Origin: Octopus sinensis
Lineage: Eukaryota
Assembly (NCBI RefSeq): GCF_006345805.1
Contig: NC_043019.1
Span: forward strand, 17,049,360-17,113,359
Direction of reading: 5' to 3'
Length of the DNA stretch: 64,000 nucleotides
Under the pieces are notes generated by a model. The model was not told the origin of the DNA and did no database searches. It saw only the letters and a program-made list of their open reading frames with translations. Position numbers and translations under genes: made by a program. Positions 38,609 to 52,246 of the stretch are shown piece by piece. Each line of letters starts with the position of its first letter. Positions within the stretch are counted from its first letter, which is position 1.

Positions 38609-39707
38609 TAAATAGCTCAAAGCATTTCATGGCAAGAACAACATAGCTACTACATATGTAAGCCATAGGAGGAGTATGAGAGAAGGGGGGAGAGAGAGAG
38701 AGATACAGGGTTGTATGTATACCTACCAACCACAAGACTGTTAAGTGATCTCCACAGAGTTCACTTTGAGTGTCAAGAAACTTACTTGCAGAGTGGTTAG
38801 AAGCAATTACAACACAATAGAAGGAAGTGTTTACTCATTGTAAATAATATTAAGTTTCGGATTTCTGGCCAACTACTGTATATCGTTAAGTCTAATTAAA
38901 AAAGGAAAAAAAAAAACCCACACTTTGTTGAAAATATATTTTTAACTTCTCAGTCTTTCATATTTTTTCTTGAATAACATTTCTGAGAAATGGAACAAAT
39001 TCCCTGAACTGACAGATATACCAAACTATCATATTTTTTCATAATCAGAGGAATGGCAAGTGAATTTCCGCATACTTTTGCACAAGTTATCACATTAATG
39101 TAACTGTTCACTTGGTAATGGCAGCAATAATCTTTAAACTGTCAGCTATTTCTCATAAGAAATAACATCTCCTCAAGCTTAAAAAAAAGGAAAGAAAAAT
39201 GAAAGAAAAAAAAAGAAAAAAGAAGAAAAACCACTGATGCAGTCACTAATAATGTTAATAATTTTCTGAAACTAGTGACCTCCTCTCTCGAATGGAATAC
39301 AAATAATCCAAAATGCTACAAGATTCTGATGGAATTAAGGTTGTTGTACTCAATATTTGCAAAGTATAGCGACCAAACAACATCCAGGTTAAAACTCATT
39401 TCTAAGAGGTTATCAAGTTTGGAGTCAAAGCAATTCATTGGATTTGAACTGCAGAGATCCCTAGTAATCACCCACCGCAACAAACTGGAGGCCCCTTTTT
39501 TTTTGCCCCCTACAGCTCCTACAAGGCCATCATCCAAGCTGTGTCATCTCTACTGCTGTTGCAGTGACCTCTACTCGCTAGCCTTGGATGGTCATGTGCC
39601 ACCCCCTCCCACCACCTACCTCCCATCCACCCAGGCCCTCTACTAACATCACACTTAGCTCTTGTGTAATTCCCTCATGGAACTGACTTTCTTTGTCCAC
39701 ACAAACT

Positions 39708-39910
39708 TTAACGCTTTCACAGTCAGAGTCCTTTGTCTGGGTCATTGCTTATTTATTCGCATCGATTTGAATTAGTCATGCATTACCATGAAACTTCAAG
39801 ACTTCAATGGTACATTTGTATATTTTTAGAATGACAGAGGTTGGATCTGGTCAGTTTTTTCATAAAACAGGTAGGGCCAGATATGGTCAGATTAAATGCT
39901 AAAGGGTTAA
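39708..39910 (+). mobile_element. TTAA-flanked piggyBac-type MITE (other copies 1847-1945 partial; 24118-24594 with a SINE inserted)
   Basis: TTAA at both ends. Right end AATGCTAAAGGGTTAA is the inverse of the left end TTAACCCTTTAGCATT seen at 1847; internal sequence is shared among copies. Confidence 0.7.
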
Positions 39911-42900
39911 GCATTTCTTTGTTGTTAATACAAGCGCCAGATTCTTTGAATTCTTCCACTTAGATCTAGCTTCTTTTAATATCAATAACTCCTCCATGAT
40001 ATCAAGGCATCACCTAAAGAAATATTTACAGACACCAAAACAAAAAAATGGTACATACTTCAAAAAACAGTTATATCACATTGTTACTGCTTATACCCCC
40101 GGAATTGTCTCCTTTCTTGGAAACCTTATAAATTCTATCCAAGACACATGGCTTTCTCTTGAGAAGAAAATAACACTTTTTGGACTCCCTTAATTGCTGG
40201 TCCTTTACAAAATCCAAGTAGACTTTACAGTCAGTTATTATTTTCACATCTTTCAAACTGTATTGAAGATCATATTCCTAAGAAATTAACTTTTCCAAAT
40301 AAACAAACAAACTCCATCTGTACTGACAAAGAATCTGCACTTTACTCCGCCCTCCCCGTTGCCATCCTCTACAAATGTGTTAAAGTTATCACAACGGTTG
40401 TTGTGTTTCCTAACAAACTGACTCACCCTAACCCTAACCCTCACCCCATACACTGAAACTCCTTGTAATTACACCGTTTCACCCTTCTTTCAACCATGCT
40501 GTGTCTCACTGCTGGCTGACTCTGTACTCCAAGCAGAACATGGCTGATTCACCATGAAATAGTCCTGCCAAACACTTTAACTGCACCAATTTAAAATATT
40601 CCTTCATCCTTCTGTTGTAACTGGGATGTAGCGACTGTGGAATATGACCCCTTCATCTCACATGAAATGATGTACAAAAATGCGTGTCTGTGTGTGTGTG
40701 TAATAGAAAGAGAGAATGTGTGAGTACCACGTGGGTGGGGATGTGTATGTGTTTGTATGTATAATGTGTCTGTATGTGTATATGTGTCTGTATGTGTATA
40801 TGTGTTTGTATGTGTATGTGTGTGAATGGGTGTCTGTACATGTGTTATGGTGTGAATGTGTCTGTGTGTAGATGTGTGTGAGTTGAAAATTCAACCTTCT
40901 TGTACCGATGGAATCAACTTTTGATGTTGTTAGTTATTTCTTCTCAAACTATAATCTGCAACATATTGTACGCTTATAGTTTTTGGCTCCATTCCTCATT
41001 AGGCTATTTATGCCAGAACATATGCTCAGACAGGGACTGAACTCACAACCTTTTATTGCATGCAGGCTTCTTGCACTTCTATTCACCATGCTACACATAA
41101 GTGGAAATGTACTGTTAATATATTGTGATTCAAATAGAGATACTTGGGTTCAATCTCAGACCAAGAATATGAAATATTCATGGCACATTCTGATAACAAG
41201 CAAAAACTAAAATTATCCAAATGAAAGAAAAACTAGAAACACACAGCAACGGATGTCTCTGAAAATTCCATGGAAACTAAAAAAAAAACCCAGAATCTCA
41301 AAAATTAGGCACAGACACAGGTTGGCTGTGGGGCTAAGAAGCTTGTTTGCAACCATTTGATTTAGGGTTCAGCCCCACTATATGGCACTTTGGGCAAGTG
41401 TCTTATACAATAGCCCTGGGCTGGTGAATGGATTTGGTAGAAGGAAATTGTGAAGAAGCCCATTGTGTGTGCACGCATGCGCATGTGTGTGTGTGTGTGT
41501 GTTTGTGTTTCCTTGTCTTCTTGATATCATGTGAGTGTTGTAAATTAATGTAATTCATTTCTAAATTTCTAATGTGTTGCAAAAACATGTCTGGTCACGG
41601 GGACGTATCACTTTACTTGGAAACTGATGAAGGTTGGCAACGGAAAGGACGTCTGGTCATTGAAAATCTGTCTTAATAAACCCTGTCTGACCTATGCAAG
41701 CTTGGGAAAGTGGACTTTAAATGATGATGATGATGATGATGATGACTAGTCTGGTTTACAAACAAGATTCGAGAGCTAATTGATAGCCAATATGCAGATA
41801 AAATACAAAAAAGAATACCCAGCAATCAATAATTGAGAATTTAGAAATGATGTATTTTTCAGATAGAATATCTGGAATTTATAAATGTTTGGAAGAAAGA
41901 AATCGAATCTGACATTAATATTTGCAATGTTTAAAACATGAAGATATGAAAGCATTAGTTTCCGAATAGAGACAAAATGTAATCAGTGTCTGTAGAGTGT
42001 AATGGGGCAGAAAATTAGGGTTGTATGGGTTAGGAAATTAGGGTTGTTGTAGCTCAGTGGTAAGGATGTTGCCCTCACAATCTAGTGATCACAGGTTTAA
42101 TTTCCAGACTGAATGGCATGTTGTGTTCTTCAGCAAAGCACCTCGTTTCACACTGTTCCAGTCCACTCAGCTGTAAATGGGATCACCCTACAATGGAGCA
42201 GCCTTACAGCCAGGAGGCAGTGTTGGCCTGCTCACCTAGCTTAGTGGCAGGGCATCATTTGAAAGCTAAAACGATGCAAAACACACTGTGACCAGCAATA
42301 TAGAACAGGATCTGAAAGTTTCCTCAATCACATGATCATGTGATGTAAATAAGTAGGTCTCATTGCCAGCAGGAATTTGGGCCTTCGGAATTTTGAAACC
42401 ACACAAAGATAACAAAAGAAAGAAAGAAAAAGAAAAGAGAAAAAAAAACCCTACAATCAAGTGCTTTGTTTAGTTTTGGTTCCATCATAGGAATCATGAT
42501 TGGGAAGTATGTTCCCAGTTTTCTAAACCACGAGAAAAATGTTTAACCTCTATCAAGTAGATACGTGTGTGTGTGTGTGTTTGTGTATGTGTGTGTGTTT
42601 GTGTGTGTGTGAGTATGTGTGTGTGTGTTTGTGTGTGTGTGTGTATGTGTGCGTGTGTGTGTGTGCGTGTGTGTGTGTGTGCGTGTGCGTGCGTGCGTGC
42701 GTGTGTGTTTGTGTGTGTGTGTGTATGTGTGTGTGTTTGTTTGTGTGTGTGTGGCTTCCAAGTGCATTCAACAGCAAAAGCACTCTAAAACTATATTCTC
42801 CACAAAATAACAACCCATCCCAACTCTGGTCCTCCTGCCACTGCAATATGAAAGATAACCAAGAGCTTCCTGTCCTCATTGCCATTCCAATCTGGAGCAA

Positions 42901-43718
42901 TTCAGAAGCAACAGTTGGGGCTATCTCGGCTGTGGAGGGCACAATCACCTGATATTTGCTACTTGAAAGTATCCACAACAACAATTGTTCATCTCTCTTT
43001 ACTCTTTTACTTGTTTCAGTCATTTGACTGCGGCCATGCTGGAGCACCGCCTTTTAATCGAGCAACTCGACCCCGGGACTTATTCTATCAGTCTCTTTTG
43101 CCAAACTGCTAAGCAACGGGGACATAAACACACCAGCATCGGTTGTCAAGCAATGCTAGGGGGACAAACACAGACACACAAACACACACATACATATACA
43201 TATATATACATATATACGACAGGCTTCTTTCAGTTTCCGTCTACCAAATCCACTCACAAGGCTTGATACCTCCTTTGTACCCTGATGATTTGGTGAGGTT
43301 TACTTTTAGCATTATCAGGAAAAGCTGCTTGTTCTAGCAGCAATCATTTCTGTGAAGTTGCATTTTATCTGAGAATTTATCACCAGAGAAGCAACAAATT
43401 TTCCCTCAGTTGCATAGCTTTCATTTAGCAATATTTCATATTAGGGAACCTCTCTGTAGCTTTCTTTTCAATGTCACCAACGGGGAATTGTGTCAGTGTC
43501 ATTCCTGACACAATTCTCTTCAATAACAATGCCTTGGGAACCAGTATACTTCACATCTCCCATTCTCACAGCACCAAATATCAGTGAAACCCCTACACCC
43601 AGCAGCTTCCCCTTCTAAACAAACCTGATGTCTTATTTTCTTCCCATTTTCCTGAATCCTTCAACCCATTACAAGACAATCATTTAAATGTAATGGAAGA
43701 TAAAAGAAAGAAATTCAT

Positions 43719-44010
43719 TCAGAGGGAATGAAGAATCTGTAAATGATTGACCAGTTCTGAGGAAAGAGTAAAGAGATAGATAATGCCATAAGATTTAAGA
43801 CACTTAGACAGGGTGAAAGAAAATTCAAAGATGGAAACATGGGAACGTCTGGGGATGTTAAAGCGATGTGTAATAGATTTTGGCAATCCATGGCTACTGA
43901 GTTGCATGTCCAACAAAGATTTCTTGAATTGATTGGCTAACCTTTGACCAGTTTCACTGATGTAGACAACACCACAAAGCTGACATTTTGATGACAATGC
44001 TGTTTAATAA
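43719..44010 (-). mobile_element. Penelope-like element remnant, GIY-YIG endonuclease
   Basis: CQLCGVVYISETGQRLANQFKKSLLDMQ...SITHRFNIP matches the PLE pattern CxxCxxxYIGETGRxLxxRFxEH...HFN. Confidence 0.75.
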
Positions 44011-45364
44011 CTTTTACTTGAATAAAATTCTTCAGACGTTGCCCAAATAACAACTACCTTTACTGGCTCAAGAATTAAAAGTCATGAACTTGTTGTGACC
44101 TTTAATCTCTACATCTGATTTACATAGATATCGAGTGCTGTCTGCTTTGTAAAACCAGCTGCAAATTAGAATATCTATATCATCATCATTGAACATCCAT
44201 TTTCCATGCTAGCATCAGTAGGATGGTTTGACAGGAAATGGCAGAAGACTGCACCTGTTTTGGCATGGCTCCTACAGCATGATGTCCTTCCTAATGTCAA
44301 CCACTTTACAGAGTGTACTGGGTGCTTTTATGTGGTACTAGCTTACACACAAACATCAATATCTAACACACACACACACACACAAGAATATCCTCATATT
44401 TTCTTCTAAGACACAGGTTTGATTGTATGATTATGAAGTTCATTTCACAATCACAAGGTTTCACACTGTTACATGCGACTGGAATCTTGGGTCAGCATAT
44501 CTTCTGCTAGTCTCAGGCTGACCAACTGACCAATGCTTTGTGAATGAAATTTGGAAGATGGACACTGTAAGGAAACCAGTTGTGAGTGTCTGTGTGTCTG
44601 TCTGTGTGTGTGCGTGTTTGTTCCCCGATGCCAAACAAACTGACATCATCAGGGCAAGGGGACACTGTTCTTGTCTCCTGTAACCAATATGTCCCATAGC
44701 TTGGCTGTTTCCATGCGAAGAGCAGATGCATAAAGAATATCGAATTTGAAATACGAGCAAGAGTTGGCAAGAGGAAAGGCCTCCAGCCATAAAATACTGC
44801 CCCAATAAGTCTTGTCCAGTCCAGTCCTGTCCAGTCCAGCAGAGAAAATGAACAGACAGAAAAACGATAATGGTGACGAGTATTTTGTATTGAGTTTGTT
44901 TTGGTAGTTTTTATGAAGAATAATCATGTTTGATGGCGATTTGTTGAGTTTCCTAATTTATGAAGACAATTCTTTGAGTTGGACATAGTGGACTATTGGA
45001 TATAGTGAACTGTTGGACAAAATAGACAACTGGACATAATATAGCAGATGTTTGGACAAAGACAATGTTTGCCATATCATTTAAAGAGGGGAACTAAATG
45101 TGATGTGGTGTCGTTGTTGTTGTTGTTGTTATTATTATTATTATTAAGGTGGCAAGGTAGCAGAATTGTTAGCATGCTGGACAAAATGCTTAGCGGAATT
45201 TCGTTCATCTTTATGTTCTGAGTTCAAATTCTGCTGAGGCCCACTCTGCCTTTTATCCTTTCGGGGGTTGATAAAATAAGTACCAGTTGAGCACTGAGGT
45301 CGATGTAATCAACTTACCCCCTTCCCCAAAATTGTTGGCCAAAATTTGAAATCATTATTATTAT

Positions 45365-45920
45365 TATTGAGTGAGAGAATTGTACATGTCATCAAAGTGA
45401 CACCCAGGGCACAAATATACAAAGCCCAATATACCCATCATGACTACCCATCTGATAAGGGGACACCAGACACATGCATCACAACCATATATGCATGATA
45501 CGGTGACCTCATATCAAGATAAAAAGCACATGACCTTGCAGGTGGGGGTCCAGTTGGAATTTTGTTCAAGTTGAGTAGGCCATCCTGCTCAAATGGTCCC
45601 TGAGTAAGGGTTGTTTTAAGGATGTTGAACGAACCACCCATGTTTCCAAAGGTGAACTATCCAAACCTCTAAGAATTCCTCTCAACACACTGCTATGATG
45701 CTTCTCCACTACTTCTGCTCATGTTCAGAGGTTCACATATCATCAGTCACTAAGGGACATGCTCCACTGATTAAGGCCAAACAACTGACAAGCAAATCTG
45801 TGGTATTGAGCAGAATATTTGCTGTAGCCCATCTTTTATAAAGACAAAACAATGTACATGATAACACTTCCAATCAGTTAAAATCAGAAGCCATGAGAGC
45901 CACTGCCTGGGACTGCATCA
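45365..45920. repeat. ~550 bp GC-richer segment, probably an interspersed repeat of unknown class
   Basis: Sharp compositional boundary between SINE-B copies. Resembles a dispersed repeat recalled from octopus assemblies (not verified); no second copy in this window. Confidence 0.5.
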
Positions 45921-46498
45921 AGGCAATCCGAGTACTGCACTACAGCATCGTGATATTGCAACAGGGTATCCTGGTATTGCATCAGGGTATCCTGGTATTG
46001 CAATCATTAGCATGCTGGGCAAAATGCTTAGCGGTATTTCATCCATCTCCACATTCTGAGTTCAAATTCCACCGAGGTTGACTTTGTCTTTCATCCTCTC
46101 AGGGTTAATAAAATAAGTACCAGTTGAACACTGGGGTTGATTTAATCGACTTAGCCCCACCCCAAAGCTGCTGGCCTTGTGCCAAAATTTGAAACCCTTA
46201 TTATTATTATTATTATATGAACATGAAAGGAAATTCCTTTCTCAACAAACCCTTATTTATTACCCATTCTACCCAAACCCTAACAATAACAGAGAGACAA
46301 TTTCCATTATACAGTTGTTCTCCTCCAGCCCCATACTGTTATAATAGCGGAGTCCAAGGAAAGCCATCAACCCTAATAAACCCATGAGAAATAACTTTTA
46401 CTGTCTAAAAACTACCTTCTACTGTCAGTTTATTTGTAAACATAGTAATAATGTTTTATTATGCATCTGCTGAGGGAGGAGAGCATGATGCTATAATG

Positions 46499-46544
<46 letters not shown>

Positions 46545-48042
46545 TGATGATGATGATGATGATAGAGAATTAAGTCAAGAGAATAGTTTTTTAGCAGTGG
46601 TTGGTAGACCTCCTCCTCCTCAGTCCATCTCCTCCTCCTCCTCCTCTTTGTCATAGTCCCCTCATTGTTGGTAAACAGCAGAGGAGGGGATGGAACCTTG
46701 CCTTATCTGTCAGCTGTTAGCAGCTTACATGACAGGCAAACTTGTAGCTTGTGAAATAAGAGAAGTGTAAGCTATTTGAACATCACATCCCAGTCAGGCA
46801 GACCAGTATCCTCAGTCCTCCACTCCATGTTCCCAACAACCAAATTCTTTAATTACATTCATTGCTATGTCATCATTCCCCACTGGGAAATAAATCGACA
46901 AACAGCTACAAATAATCACCAGGTTTGTTTTTTTTTGGTTTTTTCGCTTGTTTGTTTTATTTTTGGCTTTATTAGATGTCAGAAGCATGGAGGAGGGGAG
47001 AGGAAAGTCCAAACAGAGCAGAATAACATGGAGTATTAAAGCAAAAATCTCTTTTGAGGAGAGGAAAAATATATTGAAATATAATCATAGAACGGGGCAA
47101 GACTGACATACATTCTAAACATTGTTGCTAATGTATTTCAAAATGAATTAAGGAAATCTAGAAGCAGAGTGCATGAGGATAAAAAAACATAAAGAAAACA
47201 TTTATTTAATAAAAGCAATGAAGAAATCAAAGAAATTCCTTCTGAAAAAAAACGGAGGAGAGGAAAAAAAAATGATTTTTAATGTTTGAATTAATAAACA
47301 GCAAGAGGGAACAATAAGTGAGAAATTGAGATTTCTAAATTGTTAATGATTTTGGATGCAGAATAATAAAAGGGATTTGGAAAATGTAAGGGAAGGGCTA
47401 GTTGTGCGCTTAAGAAGTTCAGTTGACAATCAAATGGTTTGGGGTTCAGTCCCACTGCATGGCACCTTGGGCAAGTGTCTTCTACTATAATCCCATGTCA
47501 ATCATTTGCAAGTGGATTTGGCAGATGGAAAATGAAAGGTGGCCGTTTTCCAACCACATCATTCAGGGTTCAGACCCACTGTGTGGCACCTTAGGCAAGT
47601 ATCTTTGACTATACCCTTGGGTTGACCAAAGTCTTGGGAGTGGCTCTGACAGACAGAAACTGAAAGGAGCCTGTCAATGTATGTATGCATGCATGTGCAT
47701 GCGTGTGTGTGCATGCGTGTGTGTGTGTTTGTCACCCAACACTGCTTGACAACCAGTATTGGTGTGTCTACATCCCCATAACTTAGCAGTTTGGCAAAAT
47801 AGACGGATAGAATAAGTACCAGGGTTTACAAAACACATGTACTAGGATTGGTTCATTCGACTAAGATTCTTCAAGATACTGCCCCAGTATGGCCACAGTC
47901 AGATGACTGAAACAAGTAAACGATAAAAGACACACACACACATTATATATTTAAAATACATGTTTCCTATGGACTTCCAGCAATACATGTGCAATGATAT
48001 GAAGTGACTGGCCGAACTTGGCTGCACCATGCCTACACATAC

Positions 48043-48478
48043 ACCCCATCACCTTTGTTTCCTCATAACTTTCGGAAAAATTAATATTTTTTTAATGAAA
48101 TTTTCTACAAATATGCTTCAGATGATGTACATTCCAATTATATAAGATTTTGGTTTGAAATGTGTGTCAGTATGTATGCGTTCTATCCCACCAATTTTTA
48201 TTTGCATGTTAAATTCTGATATAATCGTAATCTACACACTCTGAAAAGTATTTGCCAAAATTTTCATTTAAAAATTCCTATTTTTCTGAAAGTTATGAGA
48301 AAACAAAGCCAACTCCCATGAATTTTCTGAAACTCCTCTCCCCAGTCCCCCACTCACAAATTTTCACAACAAATTCAGATATAATCCGAACCTACACCAT
48401 CTGAAGTATATTTGTAGAAAATTTCATTAAAAAATATCCATTTTTCTGGAAGCTATAAAGAAACAAAGTCAGTGGGGA
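48043..48478. mobile_element. MITE-like element with a ~100 bp module present once inverted and twice direct
   Basis: 48053-48150 is the inverse of 48371-48468; 48211-48308 is a direct copy of the latter (period 160). Confidence 0.75.
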
Positions 48479-49606
48479 ACATTTGTGCATATATGTCCAC
48501 TGCTTTACCATAATTGATACTAATATCGCATTGCTATTATATATCTACATATTAGCTTGCTTCACTTCACTTCATTTTGTATGTAACCATATTTAATTAT
48601 ATAGCTGCATGTTGTATATAAACAAACAATATACTTCTTTCATTTGGTTTGTATCCAAAAGGTGATAATACTGTGAATGAGATTGGTTCAATTTTTCTAC
48701 ACATAAACATATATGTAGGATAAAAGTATTTAAAGTGATATTGAGCTTAGTAACGAATATTAACTGTAATGCATTGTAGTGTGGATATATATCTATATCT
48801 ATCTATCTATATATGTATTATGTATATATATAACATATGGAACAAAAATGCAATAGAGGACAATAAAATATTTGGACAGATAGATGATACGAAGATGGAC
48901 AGGAAGAACAAAAATTAGAAGGACAGGGAAAAAAAAGGACAGGTCAATTGTGGTCTTCTTTCTTCAGTCAAGTTACCAGTTTTGGGCAGTTACACTTGAG
49001 GCTGTTCAATCTAGTTGCCCCCCTCCCCCCAGTCTAAGCTAAGAGCATTAGATTTTTTGTAAGAAAGCTAGCGAATGTGTACAGCAACAAAGACAAAAAA
49101 TGGGGAACATGGTACACAATTACAAATACAAACAAGAATATAACAACAGGTGTCTTTCGACTGAGAATGAATCAATTTGGGCTGGTGTGTATAAAGTGAA
49201 AGCCTAAAGGCAGGAACATAGGAGATGGACATAAGAGGTGTTGGTGGTCGGCAGTCAGGCCAAGAAAGAAAGATCATGGCTGGCCAGACACTGGTCACAT
49301 GGAAGTAAGAGAGAGGGGTAGATTCATATATATACATATATATATTATAAAATTTATTGTCAGTAATTAGGTAGTAATTTTTCATTCCTTTATAAATGCG
49401 TGTTCTTTTAACATGATTGCATTTCATCTTACGTCCCTATGTTTTCCATTATTGATGTTCAAGCTTCATTCATGTTGCATGTCTTGTCCGCATTCTTCCT
49501 GCATGCATGTCATATGCGTACTTACACATACGCACAATAGAATATATGATACAACGATACCAAACCAATGTAAAATACGCTATCTTAAAGATAGCATGTT
49601 TGCACT

Positions 49607-49671
<65 letters not shown>

Positions 49672-49711
49672 TATGCTAGTTTGGATCGAATTGTCATTTC
49701 GGTTCCATTAT

Positions 49712-49764
49712 AACAAAACTGTCCGATGAACGGGAACGTGAAACTCCGAGTAACAGCTTTTGTT
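49712..49764 (+). ncRNA. Minimal type-I hammerhead ribozyme-like motif (Penelope-type), U4C core variant
   Basis: Stem I AACAAAACTGT / ACAG(C)TTTTGTT (11 bp, 1 bulge); core CCGATGA; stem II ACG-GGAA-CGT; GAAA; palindromic stem III CTC-C-GAG; GUA cleavage triplet (cut after 49752). Confidence 0.7.
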
Positions 49765-49788
49765 AAATTTCTGCTACTTTTAAATAAA

Positions 49789-49823
<35 letters not shown>

Positions 49824-51035
49824 CATGTGTGTGTGTGTGTGTGCACATATGTATGTGTGCATGCATGTGAGTGTGTATCCCTTTATCTTGACTGTCTTCT
49901 TATTGTAAACAAACATCACCATTATAGAAGTGTTGTTTGTTTGTTTGCAATTTTCCATCAAAACATGTCAGGACATTGTTTTGTAAATTTCTTGAAGGAC
50001 TGGGCAAATGTTGGCAACAGGAAGGGCATCCTGTCGTAAACTAGCCTCGGTGAGTTTCATCCAACCCATTCATCATCATCATCATCATCATCATTTAGCG
50101 TCCGTTTTCCATGCTAGCATGGGTTGGACGGTTCTACTGGGGTCTGTGAAGCCAGAAGGCTTCATCAGGCCCAGTCAAATCTGGCAGTGTTTCTACGGCT
50201 GGATGCCCTTCCTAACGCCAACCACTCCGTGAGTGTAGTGGGTGCTTTTAACGTGCCACCCGCACTGGTGCCAGACAGAGCTGGCAAACAGCCACGAACG
50301 GATGGTGCTTTTTATGTGCCACCGGCACGAGGGCCAGGCGAGGCTGGCAACGGACACGAAACGGGGCGGTGCTGGCAACAGTCGCGAAACGGAAAGTTCT
50401 CTTACATGCCACCGGCACTGGTCCATTCATGCATGGAAAAGCTGATGTGATGAGGACGATGGTGATAATGATGATTGATAGAAGTAACTGCTTAGCTAAT
50501 TAGAAGGTGGTTAAATCACAACTAAAAGCAAATTTTTCCTTTCTTTGAATAAACGAGGGCACAAGACAAGGGGAAGGCAGGGGAAACGGAGAATTGGTGA
50601 CTCAGCCCCATTATTGTGCAACAGAGGCACAACAAGAGGGAGGGAGGTAAGGGTGGGGGACAGCTGCATCCAAGTGCAGATGTGAAGAGGGTCAAAGTTC
50701 CCTCTGACATACCCTACCTGTTAATTAAGGTTGGGCATCAAACTGTCCTTACTCGCAGGCACTGAGAACCCTTGCTAAGCCACTGATGTGGGGCTCTTGT
50801 TTATAAATCAGAATTTGGTCATTACTGTTTATCCATTGAAGAAGCAAAGGATTTTCATTCCAGAATGATTTTTGCTTGTTTGTTTTGTTTTTTTTTATGT
50901 TACCGGGAGGGGGGAGGGGGGGAGTTTTATTGTTGCCAGATGAAGTCTAAGGATAGAAAAACAGGGCAGGAGGATCGTACAAGAAAACATCTTACACCAC
51001 CACCACCACCACCACCACCACCACCGCCATCACTG

Positions 51036-51075
<40 letters not shown>

Positions 51076-52246
51076 TTACTGCTTGTGTTGCATTATTCTA
51101 TTTGCTTTGATTTGTCAGCTGAAGCAAACTGAATCCATCCCAAGTCAACTCTCACAACTTCAGCGAAAATGGTTCGAGTGAAAAAGAAAGATGGATAAAA
51201 ATCATGAGAGAAGACAAAAAGAAGAGTTCTGATATCAAAACTTATTTAATTATTCCAAAAAGAATAACTGGATCGCATCAAATCCCAGATTTAATGTTCA
51301 GTGTATGAGAACAACAACAACAACAAAAAGCCTGACCCGGTTTAAAGAGTTTGTTGGTGAAATTCACTCATGAAGAAACAATATACAGATCACCATTGTC
51401 ATCATCATCATCACCACCGCCGCCGCCGCCGCCGCCACCACCACCACCTCATCATCATCATCATCATCATCTATATCATCATCATCATCACTTAACATTC
51501 CTGTTCCAGGCTAGCATGTGTTTGACAGTCTGACAGGATGTGATGGGTCCAAGGACTGCAATGTGCTCCAGCATCTGATTTGGAAGGGTTCCTAGAGCTG
51601 GATGCCCCACCTAATGCCAATCCCTTCACAGTGTACAGTGGATGCCTTTTTTTCCTGCCACTGGCACTTGTGACGCTGCCTTTCAGCTTGCAAGACTATG
51701 AAACGAAAGACAACGAAGAGCAGCTTTTTATGCTGAGGGAGTGGAGGGTTAAAGAATGATTAAGATTTATGAAAAAAATGATTGAAGGTAAATGAATAAT
51801 AACTGCAATGGTGTATTGTTTGCCATGTGTTGATACTTAAAGAAAGTTCACAGAATATAACAGCATGAAAATACATGGAGGCAATCCCATAGATTAGTTA
51901 AACAAGCTCTTGTCAAAATAATTCACTAATGATTATTATTAGCAATAAAAGTTAATTTTTTTATGCCAATTCATGTATAGACATGCAAAGTTCAAAAGTT
52001 ATCCATGTCAGTGTGTGTTTGTGTGATTTTACAGATTTGTAAGCTTGAATATCCATGACACATGGCAAGTTCCGTAGCATAAGGGAATGGTAAACCAAGT
52101 GTTGTAGTGTGCAGAATGGTCACAGAAGACAACAGTGAGGAAACAAGCAGAACATTTCCAGCATAAGAGTTCAAATATATGCAATAGTTTTAATTGGTTG
52201 AAAAATAGCCAATAAAAACAGTCTTTCAGCTATGTTCTACTAACAT

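Noticed and set aside
39275-39646. 123-aa unique ORF, with a weak CR1-like motif on the opposite strand
   Set aside because: No recognisable domain or splice sites; similarity too weak to call.
40423-40442. CCCTAACCCTAACCCT telomere-like repeat
   Set aside because: Only 2-3 units; expected by chance in 64 kb.
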